Program-made: the position numbers and the translations under genes
Source of the DNA: Scyliorhinus canicula
Lineage: Eukaryota
Assembly: GCF_902713615.1 (NCBI RefSeq)
Contig: NW_024056010.1
Span: 1 to 64,000 of the forward strand
Direction of reading: 5' to 3'
DNA length: 64,000 bases
The notes under the pieces: generated by a model
Database searches by the model: none
The model's input: the letters and a program-made list of their open reading frames with translations, nothing else
Told to the model about the DNA's origin: nothing
In this document: positions 13,020-23,075 of the stretch, one piece after another
How positions within the stretch are numbered: the first letter of the stretch is position 1
Layout of the letters: every line of letters begins with the position of its first letter

Positions 13020-13580
13020 ATTCTATTCAACTGTTGAACCCAATTTCCACAATCTCCACGTTTCCACGGTATTTCCGTGGAGTCAGTGTATTTGAGCGTT
13101 TCATCTTTCGACAATCAAGTGAAGCTTGATCCTCACACAGAACACGTGTATGGTTTCTTCCCTTCGTGAATAGTGTAGTGTTTTTCAGGCTGTAACTGGT
13201 TAAAGCTCTTTCCCCAGTCAGTTCACTGGAACACACTCACTCGGGTGTGTGTGTCTCGGTGCTTTTCCAGTCACACTGATGTTTGAAATACTTTCCCACA
13301 GTTCCCACATACACAATTTCTACATTCATAGTCTCAGGTTATTTAGGTCCTGATCAATTAAGTGACACTGTCAGATCTTAATCTGATGTTTGATTTGTTT
13401 CCTGTCTGAAAATCCTCTCCTAATGCCCTGCAAGAGGAGTTTACAAAGGCCACACTATCAGTCCAGGTTAGAAATTCAGAACAGATAATTCCAGTTTCTG
13501 GGGAACATTTTTTCTCTCCCCAAATCTGTAAATCCCCGTACCACACACCCTCCCTCCTCCCTGGGGCTGAAATCCAAATA
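13020..13580 (-). pseudogene. Degenerate ZNF 5' module and decayed fingers
   Basis: Carries the cluster's recurrent module (gttctgaatttctaacctggactga...cttgcag acceptor) and decayed finger sequence (ORF 13027-13236). Confidence 0.6.
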
Positions 13581-14749
13581 AAGTATTAGATAATTATTTC
13601 TGTATCCTTTTATATAATTAGAGGTCAGATATGTTTTATAAATCACTTCATTCATGACTTGTGACAGACATTAATCTGAATCACCCTGACTGAGCAGACA
13701 GAATAACAGATGTTAACATTGTGTCCAGAACTGACTCTGTGGAGCTTTGATGAGCAATCGCAAAGGTCGTTTCTCCAAATCTTCCAGGGTTTCCTTCGTT
13801 CTTCCCCTCCCTCTCGAATTAAGTTATACTGGATATCAGACTCGGGGTCCATTCTGGTTCTCTTCCTGCTGACTAAATAACTTCAATCAAATATGGAGAA
13901 GACTGAATCCACTGTTCGGTCCCTGCTCCAATCTCCATTCCTGACATACTGACTCCATCCTTCTCCCTGGCAACAGTTTGAGACTTATCCAGTCTCTTTG
14001 TAAACTTGGTTTAATGGTTAATACTTGATCCAGTATGAGCTTCTGACCTCATAGAATTTACAGTGCAGAAGGAGGCTATTCGGCCCATTGAGTCTGTACC
14101 AGCCCTTGGAAAGAGCACCCTAGCTAAGCCCATACCTCCACCTCACCTTTTTAGATACTGAGGCAATTTACCATTGTCACCTCCCGATTCAACAATTCAA
14201 CAAACCTGGCTGCTCTCCCACATGCTACCTCTGTAAACTTAAAGCCATCCAAAAGGCTGCTACCTATGTCTTAATTCACAGCCACTTTCTTTCCCCTCCG
14301 TCCCTGTGCTCCGAGACTTGCATTCGCTCCCAGTCAATTCTCACCCTCGTTTTCAAATCCCTCCATGGCCTCATCTCTCCCCGTGTATGTCATCTCCTCC
14401 AGCTCCACAACCCCCCTGAGATATCTGCACAGCTCTGATCCTGGACTCTTGCACACCGCCGATTCTAATTACTCCGCCATGGTTTTAAGTTCCTTCGGCC
14501 CCAAGCACTGAATTCCCTCCCTAAACCTCCCCGTCTCCACCTCACTTACCTCCTTTCAGACTCTTTAAAACTCACCTCTTTGACCAAGTTTTTGGTCACC
14601 TGCCCTAACATCTCCTTTTAAATAGAAGTTGTTGTTGTTGACTGTAACCCTGACCTCCTGCTTTACAATATCCCATTGGTTTCACAACAAACTCTATCTC
14701 TGATGTTTTGCCCCCTGCGGGTTTGCAGCCTCTATAAAGACGGCGGCCG

Positions 14750-15420
14750 TTAACTCAGGCCTGTCACCGGGAGCAGGCCGCAGCTGTCCCCCCGCTCGAT
14801 GCAAACCCGGGCCCGGAATCTTCTTATTGGAGTTTGGCGCCTCCACCGGGTTTCAGTGAAACCTCCCGGCCGAGCCCAGCATCGGTACTGCGCATGCTCC
14901 AGCTCACAATGCCCAGGGAGTGATTGACGGCAGCTCTGGGCCAATAGGAACAGGGAGGTGGGCCTGGAGGACCGAGTGGTTGCAACCAATCGGAGTGAAT
15001 GAGGGGCGGGGTTGAGAGCCCCGGACTCCCACGTGAGGCTGGAGCATGCCCAGTGCCGATGATAACTCAGGATTTAGGCGGTTGGGTGGAAGTTGTGAGC
15101 CGGTCAAATTCGGTTTGGTGAGTCATGAGGGAGGGATGGAGCCGGCGGATGGATCGGGAGGCTTCATAAACACTCCATGCAGCCCAAGCCCCGAATACGA
15201 AGTGAGGAGCTGAACCGGCGAAAGCTGCTCGAGCTTTTCCCTGAGACAGGCCCGGGTGGCCGGGCGCATGCGGAGGGAGCGAGAGCCCCGACTTTGCTCC
15301 GCCTCCCATTCACTCTGATTGGCTGGAGGACCAGTCGCTCTTGTTCGATCTTCCAGTCCCGCCCCCTCTTCCTATTGGTCCGAACCTGCCGTCAATCAGT
15401 CCCCGGGCATTGTGAGCTGG
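14750..15420. promoter_or_regulatory. CpG-rich promoter made of two inverted ~155-bp modules (2 CCAAT, GC box, GCGCATGC NRF1-like)
   Basis: 14899-15050 versus the reverse complement of 15263-15420; CpG retention. Paralog at 46720-47240/47930-48070. Confidence 0.62.
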
Positions 15421-17817
15421 CATGATGTGGAGATGCCGGCGTTGGACTGGGGTGAGCACAGTAAGAAGTCTTACAACACCAGGTTAAAGTCCAACAGGTT
15501 TGTTTCAAACACGAGCTTTCGGAGCACGGCTCCTTCTTCAGGTGAATGGAAAGGCTTGTTCCAGAAATGTTTATATAGACACAGTCAGAGATGCCCCGGA
15601 ATGCGAGCACCTGCAGGCAATCAAATCATCAAAGATGCAGAGAGAGAGGTAACTCCAGGTTAAAGAGGTGTGAATTGTCCCAAGCCAGTTCAGTCGGTAG
15701 GCCTCTGCAAGTCCAGGCTTGTTGGTGGGGGCCGAATGTAATGCGACATGAATCCCAGATCCCGGTTGAGTCCGCATTCATGCGTGCGGAACTTAGCTAT
15801 AAGTTTTTGCTCAGCAATTTTGCGTTGTCGCGTCTCCTGAAGGCCTCCTTGTAGAATGCTGACCCGGAGATCAGAGGCTGAATGTCCTTGACTGCTGAAG
15901 TGTTCCCCAACTGGAAGGGAACAGTCCTGCCTGTTGATAGTCGCACGATGCCCGTTTATTCGTTGTCGCAGTGTCTGCATGGTCTCGCCAATGTACCACG
16001 CTTCGGGACATCCTTTCCTGCAGCGTATGAGGTAGACTACATTGGTCGAGTCGCACGAGTATGCGCCGCGTACCTGGTGGGTGGTGTTTCCACGTGTAAT
16101 GGTGGTGTCCATGTCGATGATCTGGCATGTCTTGCAGAGATTACCCTGGCAGGGTTTTGTGGTGTTGTGGTTGCTGTTCTGAAGGCTGGGTAATTTGCTG
16201 CAAACAATGGTTTGTTTGAGGTTGCGCGGTTGTTTGAAGGCCAGTAGTGGGGGTGTGGGGATGACCTTGGCAAGATGTCCATCCTCGCTGATGATGTGTT
16301 GGAGGCTGCGAAGAAGATGTCGTAGTTTCTCCGCCCCAGGAAAGTACTGGACGACGAAGGGTACTCTGTCAGTGGTGTCCCGTGTTTGTCTTCTGAGGAG
16401 GTCGGTGCGGTTTTTTGCTGTGGCGCGGTGGAACTGTCGATCAATGAGTCGAGCGCCATATCCCGTTCGTACGAGGGCATCTTTCAGCATCTGTAGGTGT
16501 CTGTTGCGCTCCTCCTTGTCTGAGCAGATCCTGTGTATACGGAGGGCTTGTCCATAGGGGATGGCTTCTTTAATGTGTTTCGGGTGAAAGCTGGAGAAGT
16601 GGAGCATCGTGAGATTATCTGTGGGCTTGCGGTAAAGCGAGGTGCTGAGGTGACCGTCCTTGATGGAGACGAGTGTGTCCAAGAATGGAACTGAATTTGG
16701 AGAATAGTCCATGGTGAGTTTGATGGTGGGATGGAACTTATTGATGTCATCGTGTAGTCGTTTCAGTGATGTCTCGCCGTGGGTCCAAAGGAAAAAAATG
16801 TCATCGATGTATCTGGTGTATAGCATCGGTTGAAAGTCCTGTGTGGTGAGGAAGTCCTGTTCAAACTTGTGCATGAAGATGTTGGCATATTGAGGTGCAA
16901 ATTTGGTCCCCATGGCTGTTCCGTGCGTCTGGATGAAGAATTTGTTGTCGAAGGTGAACACGTTGTGGTCTAGAATGAAACGGATGAGTTGCAGAATTGC
17001 GTCTGGAGATTGGCAGTTGTCGGTGTTGAGGACTGAGGCTGTTGCAGCAATGCCGTCGTCATGGGGGATGCTGGTGTAGAGTGCCGAGACATCCATTGTG
17101 ACGAGGAATGTTCCTGGTTCAACTGGTCCATGGGTGCTGAGTTTCTGTAGGAAGTCCGTCGTGTCGCGACAGAAGCTGGGTGTACCTTGTACGATGGGTT
17201 TCAAGATGCCCTCGATGTGGCCAGAGAGGTTCTCACACAGGGTCCCATTGCCTGAAACGATAGGACGGCCTGGTGTGTTGGCCTTGTGTATTTTCAGGAG
17301 GCAGTAGAGATCTCCAATGCGGGGATTACGTGGGATGAGAGCACGTAGGGTGTTCTGAAGGTCTGGATCTAAGGTCTTGATCAGTCTGCTGAGTTGGCGG
17401 ATGTGTTCCTTGGTTGGATCTGCGGGTAACTGCCTGTAGTGTTCCTGGTTGTCGAGTTGTCGGTATACTTCTTTGCAGTAGTCTGTTCTGTTCAGTATGA
17501 CGGTGGCCCCTCCTTTGTCTGCTGGTTTGATGACGATGTTGCGGTTGGTCTTGAGAGTGCGGATGGCGTTGCGTTGTGCTTGGGTGACGTTTGAGGCTGC
17601 CTTGTGATTGCGAGTGATGAATCTGGCATTGACACGACTTCTGACGGCTTGAGCATACATGTCGAGTCTAGGGCAGCGGCCTTCCGGAGGGGTCCAATTT
17701 GACTCTTTCCTTTTCGGTTGCTGCACTGCAGATCTCGCGGTCTGCTGTTCCGGTTCATTGGTCGTGTCCCTGGGTTCGCTGTCGGCCTCTTGGGGTCTGT
17801 GGAAGAATTCCCGGAGG
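15421..17817 (-). mobile_element. Penelope-like element, 5'-truncated, with intact RT + GIY-YIG ORF and a 3' pLTR segment
   Basis: ORF 15690-17843: GRPIVS, TMDVSALYTSIPH, GTAMGTKFAP, RYIDD; VVYLIRC..WYIGET..RINGH (GIY-YIG). The first ~11 ORF residues come from flanking DNA. Confidence 0.95.
15510..15544 (-). ncRNA. Minimal type I hammerhead ribozyme (Penelope pLTR)
   Basis: cac-CUGAAGA-a-GGAGC(cgu)GCUCC-GAAA-GC-UC-gug: core boxes, 5-bp stem II, palindromic AGCU stem III, stem I cac/gug. Confidence 0.8.
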
Positions 17818-18119
17818 AATAAAATGGGGAATTCCGGAGACAATGGAACCGCGGGTTAGATATGAGAGAAATGTGTTTTGTGTTGGATTTTAAAGGTTTC
17901 CATTTTCCACTTTGGGGTATGTCCGGGTTCCCAGCTCGGAGCAGAGGTGGACACAATCCTTTTCCCTGAGAATTTACGGATATTGGATTCGAAAGTTTCA
18001 GAAAGTGAACAGCAGGGAAACAGGCCATTCGGTCCGCCTGTTCTGTGTTGGTGTATAAACTCCACACGAGGCTCCTCCCACCTTACCCCAAGAAGATTGG
18101 ACAACTGCCAATGTAACAT

Positions 18120-19085
18120 CCTTATTCAAAAGGGGAGGGAGTCAAACACAGGTAACTATTGGCCAGGGACCTTAACATCTGTCAGTGGAAAACGGTTCGA
18201 GTCCATTATAACAGATCCAATAGCTGAGCATTTAGAAATACTCAATATAATCAAACAGAGTCAGCACGGCTTCGGGAAGGGTAAATCATGCCTGACAAAT
18301 TTAGTGCCCTTATTTGAGGTGATGACGAGAAGGCGAGAGAGGGAGGGGGAGGGGGTGGGGCAATAGATGTAATATACATGAATTTCAAAACGGTGATTGA
18401 TAAATGAATGTACTATTCCCATGTTTGCAGATGGCAAAAAATAGGTAAAAAGGCAAGTGGTGAGGATTACAGGAAATCCACAGAGGGACAGAGAATGTGA
18501 GGTTCGACACTTTGGTAGGAGGAAGAACATAAATAATTATTATTTATATAGAGAAAGACTGAAGAAAGCTGAAGTATCGGGGGAATTGGGGGCCCTCGTG
18601 CAGAAACCACAAAAAGCAAGTTCTGCAGGTAATATGGAGGCAAATTGAATGCTGATCTTTATTTTAAAGGGAGTAGAATATAACAATGGGGAAGCCTAGC
18701 TAAAACTGGGGAATTAGTTAGACAACACCTGATATACTTTGAATAGTTTTGGTGCCCGTATCTAAGGAAGACAGATTGGTTTTGAAGGCAGTCCAGAGAA
18801 CGATCACGAGGTTGATCCCGAGTATGGAGGGATTTTCTTACGGGGAGAGGTTAAGTCGGCTGGGCTGTACTGATTGGAGTTTAGAAGAATGAAGACAACC
18901 TCAGATTCTGGGTCGGTCAGTACGTTCAAGGTTGAGGGACACATATTTTAAATCAGTAAAAGCATCAAGAGATATGGTGATAAGGCGGGAAAGAGGAGTT
19001 GAAGATTATCACATCAGATCAGTCATGACCTTACTGAAGGCTGGACCGGTGTTGATGGGCCCAATGGCCTACATCTGCTCATAAG
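18120..19085 (+). mobile_element. Old CR1 remnant
   Basis: IKQSQHGFGKGKSCLTNL, DRECEVRHFGRRKN and a CR1-type tail at ~19050-19085. Confidence 0.75.
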
Positions 19086-19317
19086 TCTTGTGGTCTATGG
19101 TCTCGCTTCATCTAAACCCAATATCACTGGGTTTAATTCATTGTTCATTCATCTGCATATCAATTTCCCCCTTAAACTCTAAATGCCCAGAGTATTCAGT
19201 TAGTGGAATTGCCAATCAGAATGGACCATAAATACACTGAATGCTAAATACTGACCGCTGCACTGACACTAGAAATAGACACAATGACTCACTTATTGCT
19301 TCAGTCTCACCGCTCAC

Positions 19318-19626
19318 CTATTTTTTTGTGAGTTGAAATTCTTAAAGGAGTTGGCAGGTCCTGATGGCTCGCCACACAGTCAAACACAGCCCCACTCAGC
19401 CAGGCTTGTGTGGAGATGTTTAATTTGCTGACCACGCTCTCAGTATCTGCCCCAGGCTGGTCGGCAATCTCTGATTTCAGCGGCTTCTTCGCTTCACTCC
19501 AGGACACGTTGACTCCATAAGGAGCATTCGAAATGACGCAGGTTAAGGTTACAGTCGCCTCCAGTAAGACCTGTTCTATTGGTGGTGGCAGTATTGTTAC
19601 TGAGGCATCAGTGCAAACGGAAGGAT
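19318..19626 (-). CDS. IGHM: IgM heavy-chain constant exon CH3 (103 codons, intact)
   Basis: Acceptor ttcattcacag|AT at 19626 and donor ATAG|gtgag at 19318; 309 nt, phase 1/1. Translates [54 protein letters not shown]...[30 protein letters not shown]: a C1-set Ig domain matching shark Cmu3 as recalled. Confidence 0.93.
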
Positions 19627-20246
19627 CTGTGAATGAAAAAAGTGGAAATCAACCCAAGTTTCATCTTCAGAATCAGGACAGCAGGATTCAGCGTTCACTC
19701 ACTCAATGGGAATAGATCAACTTCGAAATAACAACCTCTAATGATCGCCTTTAAATCTTCTATACACAATGGATAACCAGTTTGGTTTGTGAAAACTATT
19801 CTCATTGTGAAATACAGTCAGCCTCGAAACCATTCTAATGAATCAGTATTACAGCATTCCCAATACAAATATTCCAGTCCTGATCTCAGAATCCTAATAT
19901 GGAAGGCTGCTTGATAAATATCTTGAATGAACTTTTCAAAATCTTCGTCCCGAGCTGGTTTCAGTAAAGGGTTCCAGACAGCCATTGCCTCTGCAATTTA
20001 ATCAGCTGTCTCGGGATAAAGCTGATATCAAATCCACCTCACTCCCTAAATTACTTCAGGTGAGAGGGAAACATTTATTTCTATACTGATCAAATCCTGA
20101 ATGGTGATCAATCCAAATGCATCTCTTACATCAGAATGAAACACAAACTACATGGCAGTAAATTCGAAGTTATTCTGTGCTTTGCACTAACTTCAGTAAA
20201 TTACTGTGCAGGATGATTTATTGTTTCCTCTGTTTGGGTCTCTTAC

Positions 20247-20558
20247 CAGACGCGGTGATGTTGTGACTTTGGGTGACCCCTTGATGAATGACCTGGCAGG
20301 TATAGACCGCTTTGCTGAACCATTCCCCAGCAGAGACTGTCAGTCGACTGCTCGCCGAGAAGTTCCCGTTCACTTCACAGGCGGGAGAGGTGACAATTCC
20401 TGAACCCATGGCTTGTCCATTCTTCAGCCACTTCACCGTCATTGACTTTGGACTGAAATCGTTGATTGAACAGACCATGGTTGCAAATTTCTGTCTTGTG
20501 ATTTCTTCATTGGAACTCACGGTGAGGAGAACATTTGGATGGATGTCAGGTAGAGGAC
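20247..20558 (-). CDS. IGHM: IgM heavy-chain constant exon CH2 (104 codons, intact)
   Basis: Acceptor tttcttgaag|GT, donor TCTG|gtaaga, 312 nt, phase 1/1. [41 protein letters not shown]...[28 protein letters not shown] branch-point motif at ~20574-20578. Confidence 0.95.
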
Positions 20559-20757
20559 CTTCAAGAAACACAAGTTAGACATTTCTTGAAGAAGATGTTG
20601 TGACGAATAAAATGTTTAATTATATTTTAACAGTTTCTCTGTTGTCACTATTTCTCGCAGGAATCAGAACTGTGCAGAGAACCATCAATGTGTTATGACC
20701 AAAGATTTAAATAAAGTAATCAAAGCGTCTGTTTCTCACAGATTCCACAACACTTAC

Positions 20758-21057
20758 ATGTCATTCCAATGCTCTTGTCTGAGACGCTGTGTCGAACCTC
20801 ACAGCTGATTTTGCTGCATCCCCCCTCTGACTCAGGGATGGTTAACTGGCTGCTCAGGGTGTAGGTTCCCTTCTTGTTTCTCACTGACGGGTATTTCTTA
20901 ACTCCAGTGGTGATCGGCTGCCCATCTTTCTTCCAGGTAAGGCTGGTGATTTCTGGGGAGTAGTCCATCGCCAAACATCCAACGGTTAGGGAGCCGTCGG
21001 TGTTGTGTTGCTGACAGGAGGAGACCAGGCTGTAGAGAGTGGGCGGAGACGGTGTCG
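20758..21057 (-). CDS. IGHM: IgM heavy-chain constant exon CH1 (100 codons, intact)
   Basis: Acceptor cattctctcccag|CG, donor ACAT|gtaagt, 300 nt, phase 1/1. [46 protein letters not shown]...[19 protein letters not shown]...ISCEVRH is typical elasmobranch Cmu1. CTAAC branch point ~21084-21088. Confidence 0.95.
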
Positions 21058-21384
21058 CTGGGAGAGAATGACCCATTCAACAAGTTAGACTCTGGGATTG
21101 TATTTATTAAGCAACCAGACATTTCTAAAATTCACGAGAATGATGCGTTTATTCCAACATTTTCTCAATAAATGCTCCATCCACATCTCAGCTTCTATTA
21201 GATCTATCATTTGAGAATCACCACCTGTTTGGCCCCTCATTGGAAACTTACATATTTTTCTCCGTCCATATCACCTGGCAAAAAACAACATGTTGATGTA
21301 ATCTGAATGGTGTAATTTGCTTTGGATTGAAAGCGAAGAGCGGATGATTTTTCCCACTATTTCAGCGAACATGTTCTCCAAAAT

Positions 21385-21587
21385 GTAAACCTCACCATAG
21401 TCCTGGAGTCTGATTTCTCCTTTTGAGAGGTAACTGGTGGTGATTTAACCCGAGGGCCACCACCCATCAGGCGAGGGGCAAGGTTGAGAATGGGGGTCTT
21501 TATGAATAACCTCAGCCGGTACAGCAATCGTACCCACGCTGTTGGGATCGATCTTCATCATGAACCAGCTGTCCAGCTAACTGAGCT
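21385..21587 (-). mobile_element. Older tRNA-derived SINE (agctcagttagctggacagctgg head)
   Basis: A-box head at 21572-21587, B-box-like gtgggtacgattgc, body ctgaggttattcat..ttaaatcaccaccag. A similar head occurs at 8272-8350. Confidence 0.65.
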
Positions 21588-21861
21588 GTGTACGTCACAA
21601 TCCAGCTAACTGAGCTGTGTACGTCACAATCCAGCTCACTGAGCTGTGTACGTCACAATCCAGCTAACTGAGCTGTGTACGTCACAATCCAGCTAACTGA
21701 GCTGTGTACGTCACAATCCAACTAACTGAGCTGTGTACGTCACAATCCAGCTAACTGAGCTGTGTACGTCACAGTCCAGCTAACTGAGCTGTGTACGTCA
21801 CAATCCAGCAAACTGAGCTGTGCACGTCACAATCCAGCTAACTGAGCTGTGTACGTCACAA
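21572..21861. repeat. Minisatellite, 10 x 29 bp (TCCAGCTAACTGAGCTGTGTACGTCACAA)
   Basis: Units start at 21572, 21601 ... 21833; only a few single-base variants; 18 AGCT motifs. Confidence 0.97.
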
Positions 21862-21862
21862 T

Positions 21863-22600
21863 CAACAGCATTCCGCCTGTCACTGAGACCGGGCTGGCTG
21901 CAATCCCCCCGCACCCCGCCCCGCGCTCTCTGTTCGTTCCCCCATCTCTCTGCCATTCCGCTGGATCTCTGCACCTTTCACCTGCTCCCTTCACTTTCTT
22001 TCAGCTGTCTGCTCTTTTAGACGGCTCTCCGGCTTTCCCCGACATCTCTGCCTTTTCCTTTGTCTCTCCGCACTTTCCTCCATCTCGTTCTGCTTTGCCC
22101 ATGCGCTCTTCACTTTTCCCGTTCTTTGGAGTTTGCCCCGGTTCCTGGTACTTTCCGCGGTTCTTTCAGTTTTTGCCATTATTATGCGCGTAACCTTACC
22201 GCTTATCGCCCACTCTTTGCTGAGTTTCTTCCCGATCACTGCAATTCTCTCAGCTCTCTGCACCTTCCACCGGCTCTCGGCACCTTTCCCCTGCTCTCTC
22301 CGTTTTCTTCCAACTCTTCGTCCTTTGCGACGGCTTCCTGAGCTTTCCGCAGAATCTCTCCCCTGGCTCCCACATCTCTGTGCTTGCCCCCCTCCTCCCC
22401 ACCACCCCCTTTCCTGCCCTTTCCCTGCCTCCTTGCTCTTTCTCCCGGCTCCGGCGCTTTCTCCCGACTCTCTGAACTATCCTCCGGCTCTCCCCAATCC
22501 CGGGCCAACAGACACATGTGGGCACCTCTCGTGATCATGTCTCGCCCCAGTTCTCTCTTTCTCTCTCGTTCCAGACATTCCCTCGCTGATTTAGGGACCG
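21863..22600. other. A-poor, pyrimidine-rich (plus strand), CpG-retaining tract
   Basis: For example 4 A in 22021-22080 and 5 A in 22261-22320; dozens of CpGs; degenerate ccggctctc/catctctg motifs. Confidence 0.8.
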
Positions 22601-22624
22601 TGAATAAGAGAGAATGAGGAGACT

Positions 22625-22880
22625 GAGTGAGTAACTGAGTGAGGGTAGGAGAGTGAGTGCGGGTGAGTGAGTAACTGAGTGAGGTAGGAGAGTGAGTGCG
22701 AGTGAGTGAGTCACTGAGTGAGGGGAGGAGAGAGAGTGTGAGTGAGTGAGCAACTGAGTGAGGGTTGGAGAGTGAGTGCAGGCGAGTGAGTAACTGAGTG
22801 AGGGTTGGAGAGTGAGTGCGGGTGAGTGAGTAACTGAGTGAGGGTTGGAGAGTGAGTGCGGGTGAGTGAGTAACTGAGTG
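22625..22880. repeat. Minisatellite, ~6.4 x 40 bp (GAGTGAGTAACTGAGTGAGGGTTGGAGAGTGAGTGCGGGT)
   Basis: Direct inspection; purine-rich on the plus strand. Confidence 0.92.
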
Positions 22881-22924
22881 CTAACCACTGTGCGACTGTG
22901 TCACCCAAACGTGGGAGTGATACT

Positions 22925-23075
22925 TGGGAGAGGTTTTTCAATCGCTCCGTGCGTGGGAGGAGATTCACTCAGTCAAACAACCTGAACAGACATCAGCAAG
23001 TTCACAGGCAACAGCAGGGTTTGGATTCAACTGTTGTTGCTGCTGTTAGTCACATCCAGGACTGAATGATGCCTG
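22925..23075 (+). pseudogene. ZNF last-finger/3' terminal remnant
   Basis: CGRRFTQSNNLNRHQQVH-like sequence plus the terminal module (ttggattcaactgttgttgctgctgttagtcacatccaggactg). Confidence 0.55.

Larger units (their letters stand above)
4210..15420 (+). repeat. Left arm of inverted segmental duplication
   Basis: Colinear reverse-complement matches, e.g. 4501-4600/60500-60600, 5220/60060, 9260-9600/52500-52830, 11220-11760/50800-51360, 13650/49200, 14750/48050. Confidence 0.92.

Noticed and set aside
13652-13852. 66-aa ORF (MDPESDI...) kept open at the same length in both arms (49019-49219)
   Set aside because: By-eye codon comparison gives about 3 synonymous versus about 15 replacement changes, consistent with neutral drift; it may still be a 5' UTR exon.
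21572-21861. Regular 29-bp repeats as a CRISPR array
   Set aside because: Contiguous units with no unique spacers, vertebrate context, no cas genes.
21991-22538. Charged, protein-like ORFs on minus
   Set aside because: Expected from purine-rich composition; three frames are equally open and none is recognisable. A retrocopy origin is not excluded without BLASTX.
22530-22560. JH-like AAC TGG GGC GAG on minus upstream of CH1
   Set aside because: No WGxG, in-frame stop two codons later, no RSS and no donor.
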